A model generated the notes under the pieces. It was given only the letters and a program-made list of their open reading frames with translations. It searched no databases and was not told the origin of the DNA. Position numbers and translations under genes: made by a program. A stretch of 61,218 bases of DNA, taken from Myxococcota bacterium. GTDB taxonomy: Bacteria > Myxococcota_A > UBA796 > UBA2385. The stretch lies in assembly GCA_044344255.1 (NCBI GenBank), contig JBIJDH010000032.1:1-61218 (forward strand), written 5' to 3'. Below, piece by piece: positions 40,110 through 50,161 of the stretch; within the stretch, counting starts at the first letter, position 1; every line of letters starts with the position of its first letter.

Positions 40110-40784
40110 GCCTCGACGCATGAACTTCGACTGGTAGTTCGTGATGATGTCGTCGCCGGACTCCCAGGGGTAGCCGGTCTTCTCGACGTCCTCGGTCCGC
40201 CCCACGACCTCAAAGGGCAGCCCATCCATCGCCGCGAGCAGCCGCTCGAGGTTGGGCAGGTGGTCGCTCTTCAGGCGGAGCGGGGCCCCCACCGCCATGG
40301 CGCGCGCGGCCCAGGCGGCGAAGGGCGGCGCGAGCAGGCGCTTCTTGTGCTCCGAGGCGCGGGCCCAGGGATCGGGGAAGTGGATGTAGAGGCCCTCGAT
40401 CTCGCCGAGCGCGAAGACGTCGTCCAGCCACCAGGCGTCGTAGCGGGCGATTCGGGCGTGCGGCAGGCCGGCCTTCTTGATCTTCTGGGCGCAGAGCATG
40501 ACACGCTTGAAGCGGATCTCCACCCCGAGCAGGTTCCACTCGGGGTGGAGCGCCGCGAAGCCGGAGAGAAAGAAGCCATTTCCGGAGCCGATCTCCACGT
40601 GGAGCGGCGCCTCGCGGCCGAAGGCCTCGGCCCAGCGACCGCGGAAGGGGGGGGCCTCGGAGGCCGTGACCACCGGCGGGCCCATCTCCTTGTGCTGGAC
40701 CATGTACGGGTTGCTGTCCCGGTACCGGTACTCCTCGATCGCCTTGTCCCGAAACCGCGGCTGGCGCGGGTTGTCCGACCTCAA
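39990..40784 (-). CDS. trmB: tRNA (guanine-N7)-methyltransferase
   Basis: HVEIGSGNG, GVEIR, HFPDPW, KKRLL, KSDH, TNYQSKF. Confidence 0.92.
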   Translation of the reverse strand: MRSDNPRQPRFRDKAIEEYRYRDSNPYMVQHKEMGPPVVTASEAPPFRGRWAEAFGREAPLHVEIGSGNGFFLSGFAALHPEWNLLGVEIRFKRVMLCAQKIKKAGLPHARIARYDAWWLDDVFALGEIEGLYIHFPDPWARASEHKKRLLAPPFAAWAARAMAVGAPLRLKSDHLPNLERLLAAMDGLPFEVVGRTEDVEKTGYPWESGDDIITNYQSKFMRRGLPSHALLLRRVAGEAPEAPAEREGQPAHGDSVEDEEDEG

Positions 40785-40841
40785 GATCTGCTCCTTCGAT
40801 GTTCCTGCAGGGTGCGCGGGGCGGCGCCGGAGCGCCGAAGT

Positions 40842-41270
40842 TCAACCGCTGTCCGCGGGCGGAGCGTTGGCCTTCCAGGCCGCGCCGTCTGCGTAGCGCT
40901 CCTTCTTCCACACCGGCACCCGCTCCTTGAGGGCGTCGATGCAGAAGCGGCTCGCCGCGTAGGCTTCGGCGCGGTGGGGCGTAGAGACCGCGATGATCAC
41001 GCTCACCTCGCCGACCGTCAGCGAGCCGGTCCGGTGCACCATCGCCACCCGACAGCCCGGCCAGCGCTCCCCCGCCTCGGCGGCGATGGCCTCCATCACC
41101 GGCACCGCCATCTCTGCATAGACCTCGTACTCGAGGCCCAACACAGTCCGACCCTCAAAGTTGTCCCGGGTGGCGCCCGAGAAGACAAGCACCGCGCCCG
41201 CGCCCGACCAGGACACGGCGGCCTCGAGGGCGCGGGGATCGAGGGGGCCATCCGCGAGTCCGATCATCAA
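40842..41270 (-). CDS. moaE: Molybdopterin synthase catalytic subunit
   Basis: GAVLVFSGATR, LEYEVY, HRTGSL, HRAEA, KERVPVWKKE. Confidence 0.95.
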   Translation of the reverse strand: MMIGLADGPLDPRALEAAVSWSGAGAVLVFSGATRDNFEGRTVLGLEYEVYAEMAVPVMEAIAAEAGERWPGCRVAMVHRTGSLTVGEVSVIIAVSTPHRAEAYAASRFCIDALKERVPVWKKERYADGAAWKANAPPADSG

Positions 41271-41578
41271 CCACCCCCAAGCGGCGGGATGAAGGCGACC
41301 TCGTCGCCCTCGGTGAGCACCTGCGCGGCGGAGGCGTACTCCCGGTTGACCGCGAAGAGCACGGGGATCGCGCCCTCCCGACCGGCCGGGAAGAGCGCGG
41401 CGTAGAGGCCCGCCGCCGTGGTGCCGACGGCGACCTGCACGTCCTCTTCGTCTCGCCCGCGGCGCTCCCGCAGCACCGCGAAGAGGCGGACCCGCACCGA
41501 GAGCGTCGCCTCCGAAGCGGGGCCACGCGGAGGCGCGCTCGGCTCACCGGGAGCCCGTGGTTCGTTCGCCTCGCTCAT
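41267..41578 (-). CDS. moaD: Molybdopterin synthase sulfur carrier subunit
   Basis: VRLFAVLRE, AVNREY, GDEVAFIPPLGGG C-terminus. Confidence 0.93.
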   Translation of the reverse strand: MSEANEPRAPGEPSAPPRGPASEATLSVRVRLFAVLRERRGRDEEDVQVAVGTTAAGLYAALFPAGREGAIPVLFAVNREYASAAQVLTEGDEVAFIPPLGGG

Positions 41579-41640
41579 CGCCGCTCGGTCCTCATGCCAA
41601 GCACCCCCTCTCGGTCCGGCCGTTGGATATCATGGGCTCC

Positions 41641-42273
41641 ATGCGACTGCCGGACCGCCCTCCCCCCACCGCGCGACCTGCCCGGCCGACCGCGCGCGCC
41701 CTGGCCCTGGCCATCGGCCTCGCCTTCGGCTGCGGCTGCGGCGGAGAGGAGCCGGTCCTGCAAGGCGTGCCGGCGGCGCCGCTCCTCGCGCCGGACGTCC
41801 CCACCGCTCCGGAGGGCCAGGCCGAAGACGCGGCCCCGCCCACTGACCCCGAGGCCCCCTACCGACGCGCGGCCAACGTCTACGTCGACATCGCCTACCT
41901 CGGCGGCAAGGAGCTCGACGAGGTGCGCGACGCCCTCGCCGATCAGCTCGGCACAATGGGCCACAGCGCCGAGCTCCCCGAGGGAGGAGGCCGAGAGCTC
42001 ATCTACTCCCGCGGCACCATCCGGGTGGCCGACGGGCGGATCTACATGCTGCGGGTGCCCCTCCCCTCCCCCACCCAACGCGCCGAAGCCCTCGGCATGA
42101 TGGGCTTCCCCACGCAGGTCGGCCGCGCGTTGACCCTCCACCGCGAGTACCGCCTGAACCACGAGTGGGACTTCCGCCGCATCCGCATGAAGCGCCTCGA
42201 TCGGGAGAGCGAGCTGGTCACCGAGATCGAAGCCTGGCGTTGGGTGCCCGGAGAGTACAGCAACCGCCGCTGA
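41641..42273 (+). CDS. Hypothetical lipoprotein
   Basis: LALAIGLAFG-C lipobox, Pro-rich linker, globular C-terminal domain. Confidence 0.7.
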   Translation: MRLPDRPPPTARPARPTARALALAIGLAFGCGCGGEEPVLQGVPAAPLLAPDVPTAPEGQAEDAAPPTDPEAPYRRAANVYVDIAYLGGKELDEVRDALADQLGTMGHSAELPEGGGRELIYSRGTIRVADGRIYMLRVPLPSPTQRAEALGMMGFPTQVGRALTLHREYRLNHEWDFRRIRMKRLDRESELVTEIEAWRWVPGEYSNRR

Positions 42274-42315
42274 GCACAGCGAGCAACACTGCGCCCTCGT
42301 CCCCGCGCGGGGGCC

Positions 42316-42344
42316 TTGACACGAATCGCACATAGGCGGACAAT
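42316..42344 (+). promoter_or_regulatory. Sigma70-type promoter
   Basis: TTGACA-17 bp-GACAAT upstream of the vWA lipoprotein operon. Confidence 0.6.
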
Positions 42345-42434
42345 CAGAGCGCCTCGCTCCAGGCTCGCCTCGGCGGCCAAGGTTACGAGCCCATGGCGCT
42401 CCCTGCGCCCCATTGGCCTGGATGTCTCTCCAAC

Positions 42435-43415
42435 ATGCTCGTCCCGGTGGCCCACCCCTCGCGCTCCTGCAGCGGCCTCCCGTTGGCCCTCGCCGCGACC
42501 GCGTGGGGCTGCGGCGACTTCTCGCTCGGCGGCGTGGATGAGGCCTACATCGAGCCCGTGCGTATGGAAGAGCGCTTCGTCCAGTCCTCCGCCTCCCGCA
42601 TGGACGTGCTCTGGGTGGTCGATGACACCGCCTCGATGGGGCCCGAGCTCGAGCGCCTGCAGGTCCTCGGCCCGGGCTTCCTCAGCCGGCTCAACGAGAC
42701 CCCCATCTCCTGGCAGATGGGCGCAGTCTCAGCTTCCCACCCCGATCAGGTTGACGCTGGGCTGCTCCGCGGCGATCCCTGGATCCTCACCCCCGAGCTC
42801 GCCGAGCCGGAGGCCGCGCTGGCCCTCGCCCTCGACGTCGGCACACAGGGCCGCGGCACCACGAGCGCCCTCTACGCCGCCTGGCTGGCCCTGAACGCCC
42901 CCCTGGTGAGCGAAGAGAACCGAGGGTTTCGGCGCCCAGACTCCGCCCTGGAGATCATCGTCTACGCCGACGGCGACGATGAAGGGGACCCCTCCTTCGA
43001 CGACGCCGCCGGCGCCCTCAGCGACTGGCTGGAGGAAGAGGCCGCACGGACCGGGCAGCCGGCTCGCCTCTCCGCGATCGTCGGCGACGCCGGCGGGGGC
43101 TGCGGCGACGGGGCGCTGGAGGCGACCGAGGGGGCGGCCTACATCCGGGTTGCCGAGGCCACGGAGGGGGTCGTGGCCAGCATCTGCTCCCCTGACCTCA
43201 CGCCGGTGCTGGAAGCCCTCGTCGATGGTCTGGCCCGCCTCCCCACCCGCTTCCCCCTCCAGGCCGCCGCCCGCCCCGCCAGCATCCGGCTCTCCGTAGA
43301 CGGCGTCCGCCAGGACGCAGGCTGGGCCTACGACGACGCCGACCCTGCCGTCGTCTTCGACGTGGCGCCCCCCGCGGGGGCCGCGCTCGAGCTCCGCTAC
43401 GAGGTGGCCGAGTGA
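42435..43415 (+). CDS. von Willebrand factor A-like domain lipoprotein
   Basis: Lipobox TAWG-C; MDVLWVVDDTASM (MIDAS-like), GFRRPDSALEII, SICSPD; start could be 42393. Confidence 0.78.
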   Translation: MLVPVAHPSRSCSGLPLALAATAWGCGDFSLGGVDEAYIEPVRMEERFVQSSASRMDVLWVVDDTASMGPELERLQVLGPGFLSRLNETPISWQMGAVSASHPDQVDAGLLRGDPWILTPELAEPEAALALALDVGTQGRGTTSALYAAWLALNAPLVSEENRGFRRPDSALEIIVYADGDDEGDPSFDDAAGALSDWLEEEAARTGQPARLSAIVGDAGGGCGDGALEATEGAAYIRVAEATEGVVASICSPDLTPVLEALVDGLARLPTRFPLQAAARPASIRLSVDGVRQDAGWAYDDADPAVVFDVAPPAGAALELRYEVAE

Positions 43416-45223
43416 GTGCGCGCTGGCGGCTCCCCCTCGGCGTTTGCCTCGGCCTCGGCCTCCGCGCCTCGGAGGCCCGCGCGGGTGAGCTCAGCCATTG
43501 GACCCTCGACAGCGACGACGGCGGCTTCGTCTCCGGCGGTGACACCCTGCAGTGGGAGTGGGGCGCGCCTTCGACCGGCCCGGCCGTCGAGGGCACCGAG
43601 GGCAGCAGCGAGCCCACCTGGGCCACCGTGCTCGACGGGAACTACCTCCACGACAGCCTCGACTGGCTGCGCCTCCCGCCGGGCTCGCTGACGAACTCCC
43701 TCCGCCCACTGCTCGGGATCCGCTCCTGGATGGACATCGAGCCGGACGGTGACGTCGGCTACGTCGAGATCTGGGACGGCCTCACGTGGCAGCGGGCCGA
43801 GCCCATCTACGGCTACCCGAGCCCCGGCGGCTTCACCGGTGAGAGCGAGGGTTGGGTCACCACCTGGTGGGACCTCTCCGGGGTCGCCGACTCCAGCTTC
43901 GTCCGCCTCGTCTTCTCCTCCAACCCCACGGTCTCTCGCACGGGCTGGTACATCGACGACGTCGTCATCGAAGACGGTGACCCCGTACCACCCACCCTCA
44001 CGATCACGGTGGCGCCCTCCGACACCGATGACCTCGACGGACCCTACCCGATCGGCGTGTCGGTCGAAGATGACGTCGCGGTCACGGGCGCGGTCCTCAC
44101 CTTGAGCGTGGACGGCGCCGCCCCGATCCGCAGCGCCTTGGTCCCGCCGCCCCTCGGCTCCACCGAGTGGAGCGGCACCATCCCCGGGATGCCGCCCGAC
44201 ACAACCCTCACCTGGACCGTCGAGGCCACGGACGGCGTCAACACCACCACCTCCGCGCCGCAGTCCTTCCGGGTCGCCCTGCCCGCCCCCACCGATCTCC
44301 GGGGGCCGGAGGGCCGGGTCGTCGCCCGCACCGCCGCGCTGAGCTGGACGCCGCCCGAGTCCTCGCACCGGGTCACGGGCTACCGCGTCTACCGCGACGG
44401 GGAGCCGCTCATCGAGGTGACCGCCCCCGAGACCGAGGCCGCCTTGGTCGGCCCCGAAGATCGGTTCACGGTGAACGCGCTCTTCGCCACCGGCGCCGAC
44501 AGCCCGCTGGAGGGGGATCCGAGCGGTCCCCTGGTCATCGAGGCGGCGGTCCCCGTGGTCCGAGCGCTCGAGCCGGCCTCGGCCTGGCAAGGTGATCAGC
44601 TCCGCCTCCGCTTGACGGGCGAGCACCTCTTGCTCGAGCAGGACGCCGTCTCCCTCGATCTCGGCGAGGGGATCACCGTGCTCTCCGTGGAGGTGGAGAA
44701 CGTCGACCTCGTCACCTTCACCCTCCGCGTCGAGCACGACGCCCCCGTCGGGGCCCGCGTCGGCGCGGTGGAGAGCGGCGCCGGGGTCGTGCCGCTCGAC
44801 CTCCCCTTCACGGTCGAAGACGGCGCAGACCGCCCAGCGCTCCAGGGTGTCGAGCCGGAGGCGGTCTCCCAAGGGGAGGAGGTCGAGCTTCGGCTCCGCG
44901 CCAACCGGTCGCTCAACCCCACCGGCGCCTCGGTAGACCTCGGCCCCGGCCTGCTCGTGACCACCCTCCGCGCCGAGGGCGACGAGATCATCATCGGCGT
45001 GGTCGTCGAGAACACCGCGCCCGTGGGCCTTCGAGACATCGTGTTCGACGACGGTACGCGCCTGTACGAGGGGGTCCAGCTCCGGGTCCGCGACCGAGCC
45101 GTCGCCGGCGAGGCGGGCTGCGGCTGCACCACCCAGCCGCCCGGCGGCGCGCTTCGCCTCTTCGGCCTCAGCGGCGCCGCCCTCCTCTTGCTCCGCCGTC
45201 GGCGGAGGGTGACCGCACCCTGA
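43412..45223 (+). CDS. Surface protein: MAM/immune-inhibitor-like beta sandwich, Ig/FN3-like domains, MYXO-CTERM-like tail
   Basis: WEWGAP, GWYIDDV, PAPTDL...LSWTPP...GYRVYRDG (FN3), GCGC...LLLLRRRRR. Confidence 0.8.
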   Translation: MSARWRLPLGVCLGLGLRASEARAGELSHWTLDSDDGGFVSGGDTLQWEWGAPSTGPAVEGTEGSSEPTWATVLDGNYLHDSLDWLRLPPGSLTNSLRPLLGIRSWMDIEPDGDVGYVEIWDGLTWQRAEPIYGYPSPGGFTGESEGWVTTWWDLSGVADSSFVRLVFSSNPTVSRTGWYIDDVVIEDGDPVPPTLTITVAPSDTDDLDGPYPIGVSVEDDVAVTGAVLTLSVDGAAPIRSALVPPPLGSTEWSGTIPGMPPDTTLTWTVEATDGVNTTTSAPQSFRVALPAPTDLRGPEGRVVARTAALSWTPPESSHRVTGYRVYRDGEPLIEVTAPETEAALVGPEDRFTVNALFATGADSPLEGDPSGPLVIEAAVPVVRALEPASAWQGDQLRLRLTGEHLLLEQDAVSLDLGEGITVLSVEVENVDLVTFTLRVEHDAPVGARVGAVESGAGVVPLDLPFTVEDGADRPALQGVEPEAVSQGEEVELRLRANRSLNPTGASVDLGPGLLVTTLRAEGDEIIIGVVVENTAPVGLRDIVFDDGTRLYEGVQLRVRDRAVAGEAGCGCTTQPPGGALRLFGLSGAALLLLRRRRRVTAP

Positions 45224-45240
45224 ACGCCCCCACTGGCTGC

Positions 45241-46239
45241 GTGAGCTGCGGCGCTCGTCGCGCCCCGGAGGACCCCCGCTGCGACTGCGGCGCGGTGCGG
45301 CCCTCGCACGGCTGGGCGGGCCCGGTCACCCAGCCTGAGCAGCCGCTCAAGGGCGGCACCAGCACGGGCTGGATCCTCGGCGGACCGCTCCCGCCGGAGG
45401 GGCCGGTGCTGCGGTACCGGGCCCGCCTCCATCGAGAAGGAAAGCCCGAGAAGAAGGGCGTGGTGCGGATCGTCACCGAGCCCGCCCTCTACGCTGAGAT
45501 GGAGGCTCGCACGGGAGCCCTGGCCGGGCTCCGCCACGCATCCCTGGTCGCCGTGCTCGACCATGGCCGCTACCGCGGTCGCCCCTTTCGCCTCGACGCC
45601 GAGCTCGACGCGCCGACGGTGCGAGACTGGGCGCGAAGCCAGGGGCCCATGCGCTGGGGAGCGGTGAGCTCGGTGGCCGGCGAGCTGGTCTCCCTGCTCG
45701 AGGCGCTGCACGCCGCCGGCCTCGTCCACGGCCACGTCTGCCCGGACACCGTGCGCCTGGTCCGATCCGGCGACCGCCTCCTCCCCATCCTCACCGACAC
45801 GCCCGCCCTCGCCGCCGGGCTGTGGCAGCCCTTCGCCGCCCCTGAGCTCCGCCAGGACAACCGCCCCGACGCCCGCGCCGACGTGTTCGGCCTCGGCCTC
45901 GTGCTCCACGGCCTGCTCAACGGGGAGGCGTCGACCGCCGAGCCGGGGCGCAGCCCCTGGGGTGAGGGACGCCCAGGACCGGCCGTGACGCTCGACGAGG
46001 CCGTCACCCTCGATCCCCCGCTGCGGGAGCTCCTCTCCGCGATGGTGGATCGTTACGCCTCTCGCCGACCAGACTCCGTCAGCGCCCTGCGCGCCCTCGC
46101 CGGGCCGTCGGGAGCGACCGGGACGCCCACCCCGCCGGTGCTCGCCCGCCGCCCACCGTCGACCGCGCTGTGGTTCGCCCTCCTCGGGCTGCTCGCCCTC
46201 CTCACCCTGATCGGGGGCCTCTGGGCGACGCGCGGCTGA
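45241..46239 (+). CDS. Ser/Thr protein kinase-like protein (probable pseudokinase) with C-terminal TM
   Basis: LRHASLVAVLDHG, LHAAGLVHGHVCPDTV, AAPE, ADVFGLG, RRP; start uncertain. Confidence 0.72.
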   Translation: MSCGARRAPEDPRCDCGAVRPSHGWAGPVTQPEQPLKGGTSTGWILGGPLPPEGPVLRYRARLHREGKPEKKGVVRIVTEPALYAEMEARTGALAGLRHASLVAVLDHGRYRGRPFRLDAELDAPTVRDWARSQGPMRWGAVSSVAGELVSLLEALHAAGLVHGHVCPDTVRLVRSGDRLLPILTDTPALAAGLWQPFAAPELRQDNRPDARADVFGLGLVLHGLLNGEASTAEPGRSPWGEGRPGPAVTLDEAVTLDPPLRELLSAMVDRYASRRPDSVSALRALAGPSGATGTPTPPVLARRPPSTALWFALLGLLALLTLIGGLWATRG

Positions 46240-46251
46240 GGGACCTCCCCG

Positions 46252-46842
46252 TCAGCGCGCCTTCCCCACGTCGAGCGTGACCCCGAGCTCCAGCCAGCCG
46301 TAGAAGGCGGGGCCCTGATCGTCGGACAGCCAGTCCAAGCCCAGGTCTAGCGCGAGGCCGAGGCGGTCGGGGAGGATCGGCGTGCGGTCTACCGGGAGGG
46401 CCAGCCCGGCGGCCGCCTCGAGCCCGCTGCGGTGGTGGATACCCTCCCCCGATCCGATGAAGGCCCCCGTCGGATCAGCCTTGAAGGCCGCGGCGGGGAC
46501 CTCGTGATGGTGCGCGAAGCCGAGGCGGGCATAAGCCGGCCCGGGGGGGCTCCAGCGTGCCCCTGCGAAGATCGCGCCGACGCTTCGATCATCCCCGAAG
46601 AACCAGCCCTCCCGCGCGGCCGCCTCGCCAGCCCACCGGCCCGACTGCACGATGAGGCGCCCCACGCCCATCGCACCTCGGGAGGACTCCCCGCCCTCCG
46701 GCGCCGTGCCCAGACCGCCGCCCAAGGCCCCGACGAGCCGGACGGGGTACTCCCCCGGATCGCCCGCCACCGCTGAGTGGCCAAAGAGCAGGAGCGCCCA
46801 GAACAATGCCGCGGGTCGGCCCCGAAGCCCCCGGGCCGCCAC
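46252..46842 (-). CDS. Hypothetical exported, probably outer membrane beta-barrel protein
   Basis: Signal-like [15 protein letters not shown] then alternating amphipathic strands; start estimated at GTG 46842. Confidence 0.55.
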   Translation of the reverse strand: MAARGLRGRPAALFWALLLFGHSAVAGDPGEYPVRLVGALGGGLGTAPEGGESSRGAMGVGRLIVQSGRWAGEAAAREGWFFGDDRSVGAIFAGARWSPPGPAYARLGFAHHHEVPAAAFKADPTGAFIGSGEGIHHRSGLEAAAGLALPVDRTPILPDRLGLALDLGLDWLSDDQGPAFYGWLELGVTLDVGKAR

Positions 46843-46856
46843 GGGAGGATCGTGGA

Positions 46857-46884
46857 TTGACGCACACCCCCGCGTGGATAGCTT
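46857..46884 (+). promoter_or_regulatory. Sigma70-type promoter for the rubrerythrin operon
   Basis: TTGACG-16 bp-TAGCTT about 110 nt upstream of the ATG. Confidence 0.45.
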
Positions 46885-46993
46885 CCGCCCTCCTGGTGAA
46901 CTGGCCTGCTCCTCGACCGCTGGCAGTCGCCCCATCTCTCCCTCCAGTCCCCTCACCGACCCCCACCCCGACCGACCCCACCGGAGCAATAGC

Positions 46994-47410
46994 ATGTCCG
47001 CCCTCAAGGGTACTCAGACGCACGACAACCTCAAGGCCGCCTTCGCCGGCGAGTCTCAGGCCAACCGCCGCTACCTCTACTTCGCAAAGCAGGCCGACGT
47101 GGAGGGCTACGCCGACGTGGCGGGCCTGTTCCGCGACACCGCTGAGGGCGAGACCGGCCACGCGCACGGCCACCTCGACTTCCTCGCCGAGGTCGGCGAC
47201 CCCGCGACCGGCCTGCCGATCGGCGACACCGAGTCCAACCTGAAGGCCGCCGTCGCCGGTGAGACCTACGAGTACACCGACATGTACCCGGGCTTCGCCA
47301 AGACCGCCCGCGACGAGGGCTTCCCGAAGATCGCCAGCTGGTTCGAGACCCTCGCCAAGGCCGAGAAGTCCCACGCGGGCCGCTTCCAGAAGGGCCTCGA
47401 CGGCCTCTAG
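46994..47410 (+). CDS. rbr: Rubrerythrin (short form, no rubredoxin domain)
   Basis: [40 protein letters not shown]. Confidence 0.93.
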   Translation: MSALKGTQTHDNLKAAFAGESQANRRYLYFAKQADVEGYADVAGLFRDTAEGETGHAHGHLDFLAEVGDPATGLPIGDTESNLKAAVAGETYEYTDMYPGFAKTARDEGFPKIASWFETLAKAEKSHAGRFQKGLDGL

Positions 47411-47512
47411 TCGCCCCGGGGGGCCCAGGCCCCCTGCCACGGCCGGACCGCCCCATCGCGGTCCGGCCGAACTTCAAGCCGCGCCGCTGTCCCGCCCCGC
47501 CCTGGAGCCCCG

Positions 47513-48967
47513 TTGACCTTCGCCATCCCCACGCCCCGAGAGCCCGTCTACTGGGAACGCAGTGCGCTCGAGGCCGAAGAGAAGCGTGTCTTCGAGATCT
47601 GCAACGGCTGCCGTCTCTGCTTCAACCTCTGCCCATCTTTTCCCGCGCTCTTTGACGCCGTCGACGCCCTCGACCCCTCCAACGGGGAGGCGGTGCAGCC
47701 CTCCGGTGTCCAGGTCGACGCCCACGGCAACCACGCTGGTCTCGCCGAAGGCCACCATGCGGCGCCCCCTCGCCACGACATCCTCGGGCAGGCAGAGGCC
47801 CTCGACAAGCTGCCGGCCTCGGTCAACCAGCGTGTGGTCGACCTTTGTTATCAATGCAAGCTCTGTGAGCCGATCTGCCCCTATGTTCCGCCTCACGAGT
47901 TCGCGGTAGATTTCCCTCGGTTGATGCTGAGACACAAGGCGATCGACGCCCGAGAGAAGGGGGTCCCCCTCCAGGATCGTTTCCTCGGTGACCCCGACCT
48001 CGTCGGCAAGCTCGGCACGCTGCTCCCCGCGGTGGCCAATTTTGGCGCCGGCTTGAAGGTGAACCGCGTGCTGATGGAGGCCGCCCTCGGAGTCCATCGC
48101 GACCGCCAGCTCCCCGCCTTCGCCAACGAGACCTTCCTCACCTGGTTCAACAAGCGGCACCCGAGCCCGCGCTCCCCGGATCAGGTGAGCGGCCCCAAGG
48201 TGGTGCTCTTCTACACCTGCTCGGTGCAGTGGAACGAGCCGCAGGTCGGCCGGGCCGCCGTCGAGGTGCTGGAGCACAGCGGCATCACCGTCTTCGCCCC
48301 CGAATTTCGTTGTTGCGGCATGCCGGCCCTCGACGGCGGTGACGTGCCCCGGGCCACCGCCTGGGCCGAGCACAACGTCCGCCTGCTCGAGCCCTTCGTC
48401 GCCGCCGGCTGCGACATCGTCTCACCCGGCCCCACCTGCTCCTTCATGCTGAAGCGGGAGTGGAAGGACTACCTCGGCACCACGGCCGCCGAGGCCGTCT
48501 CCGCCCGCTCCTTCGACCTCATGGAGTACCTCTTCCGACTGCGGAAGGAGAAGCGGCTGGCCACCGACTACACGGTGGAGGTGGGCGACATCGGCTACCA
48601 CCTCCCCTGCCACCTCAAGGTACAGAAGATCGGCTTCCGAAGCCGTGACATGATGAAGGGCCTCCCGGGGGCGAAGGTCACCCTCGTGGACAAGTGCTCC
48701 TGCATGGACGGCACCTGGGGCATGAAGAAGGAGTATTACGAGCTGAGCAAGAAGGGGGCCGAGCCCCTGATTGAGGGGCTGACGAAGAACAAGCCCGCCA
48801 CCCTCTCGAGTGACTGCCTGATCGCCAAGCTGCAGATCGAGGAGGCGACCCAACAGGCCGTGATCCACCCGATCGAGGTCCTCTGGAAGGCCTACGGGGG
48901 CAGCCCCACCACCCCCGTCCTGCCAGGCCCGGTCGTCGTGCCACCACCGGCGGAGGAGCCCGGATGA
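47513..48967 (+). CDS. Fe-S oxidoreductase, GlpC/HdrD-like (rubrerythrin-associated)
   Basis: [19 protein letters not shown]...[21 protein letters not shown]. Confidence 0.9.
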   Translation: MTFAIPTPREPVYWERSALEAEEKRVFEICNGCRLCFNLCPSFPALFDAVDALDPSNGEAVQPSGVQVDAHGNHAGLAEGHHAAPPRHDILGQAEALDKLPASVNQRVVDLCYQCKLCEPICPYVPPHEFAVDFPRLMLRHKAIDAREKGVPLQDRFLGDPDLVGKLGTLLPAVANFGAGLKVNRVLMEAALGVHRDRQLPAFANETFLTWFNKRHPSPRSPDQVSGPKVVLFYTCSVQWNEPQVGRAAVEVLEHSGITVFAPEFRCCGMPALDGGDVPRATAWAEHNVRLLEPFVAAGCDIVSPGPTCSFMLKREWKDYLGTTAAEAVSARSFDLMEYLFRLRKEKRLATDYTVEVGDIGYHLPCHLKVQKIGFRSRDMMKGLPGAKVTLVDKCSCMDGTWGMKKEYYELSKKGAEPLIEGLTKNKPATLSSDCLIAKLQIEEATQQAVIHPIEVLWKAYGGSPTTPVLPGPVVVPPPAEEPG

Positions 48968-49554
48968 AGCCCCTGGTCGCCGCCGACATCCTGCCGATCG
49001 CTGAGTTCAAGGCCGTCCGCGGGCGCCTCGAGCGGGAGCTCCTCGAGGTGAAGGCCGCGCGCCGCATCGCGCTCGGCGAGCACATGAGCCTGCTCTTCGA
49101 GAACCGAGAGACCTGCCGTTGGCAGATTCAAGAGATGTGCCGGGTCGAGGGCATCACCGCCCCCACCGCCGTGCAGCACGAGCTCGACACATACAACGCC
49201 CTCCTCCCCGGTCGGGGTGAGCTCAGCGCAACGCTCCTCATCGAGTACGTGCGTCCCGCCGAGCGAGAGGTCGCCCTCCGCGGGCTGGTCGGCCTCCACG
49301 AGCACCTCTGGCTGGAGATCGCACGCCAGGAGCCGATCCACGGCCGCCTCGACGTCGAGCAGTTCAGCGATGAACGCATCTCGAGCGTTCAATTTCTCCG
49401 ATTCAACTTGAATGAAGCGCAGATCATCGCCTTTCACGACCACCGGGTCGAGGCGGCCATCACCTGCACCCACCCGGCCTACCCCGCCCGCGCGGTCCTG
49501 CGTGGGGCGAGCCGGGGCGCCCTCGCCGAAGACCTCGCCTCGACCCTCGACTGA
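48964..49554 (+). CDS. DUF3501 family protein
   Basis: LFENRET, QIQEM, ELDTYNALLP, ATLLIE, SSVQFLRF, HPAY; characteristic position after rbr and the oxidoreductase. Confidence 0.88.
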   Translation: MKPLVAADILPIAEFKAVRGRLERELLEVKAARRIALGEHMSLLFENRETCRWQIQEMCRVEGITAPTAVQHELDTYNALLPGRGELSATLLIEYVRPAEREVALRGLVGLHEHLWLEIARQEPIHGRLDVEQFSDERISSVQFLRFNLNEAQIIAFHDHRVEAAITCTHPAYPARAVLRGASRGALAEDLASTLD

Positions 49555-49662
49555 TTCCGGTGAGACGCGGCCTCTCGCCTCGTCAGGCCTCGCGCTACGA
49601 CCCCCTGCACACTCTGTTCAACTCGCGCACGTCGCGCATCCTTCGCTCTCTCTGGAGATCCC

Positions 49663-50124
49663 ATGAGCCTCATCGGTCAGACCGCCCCCAGCTTCTCCCT
49701 CCCCAACCAGAAGCGAGAGTGGATCTCTCTCGAGAGCCTCCGCGGGAAGAAGGTCGTCCTCGCCTTCTACCCGGCCGCCTTCACGGGAGTCTGCCAGAAG
49801 GAGCTCTGCGCCTTCCGCGACTCGCTCGCCGAGCTGAACGGCCTCAACGCCACGGTGCTGGGCATCAGCGTCGACGCCCCCTTCTCGAACGCGGCCTTCG
49901 CCGAGAAGAACGGCGTGGAGTACTCCCTCCTCTCCGACTACAAGCGCGAGGCGGTGCACGCCTACGGCATCGCCCTCGACAACTTCGCCGGCCTGCCCGG
50001 CTACACCGCCAGCAAGCGCGCGGTCTTCATCGTCGATGAGGGCGGCACCATCTCCTACGTGTGGGAGGGCCCCAACCCCGGCGTGGAGCCCGACTACGAG
50101 GCGGTCAAGGCCGCCCTCCGCTGA
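49663..50124 (+). CDS. Peroxiredoxin (BCP/PrxQ or AhpE-like)
   Basis: FYPAAFTGVCQKELC, GISVD, LLSD, RAVFIVD. Confidence 0.93.
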   Translation: MSLIGQTAPSFSLPNQKREWISLESLRGKKVVLAFYPAAFTGVCQKELCAFRDSLAELNGLNATVLGISVDAPFSNAAFAEKNGVEYSLLSDYKREAVHAYGIALDNFAGLPGYTASKRAVFIVDEGGTISYVWEGPNPGVEPDYEAVKAALR

Positions 50125-50161
50125 CTCCCCGGCGCCAGCCTCGAGGACGCCGCGCTCCGGC

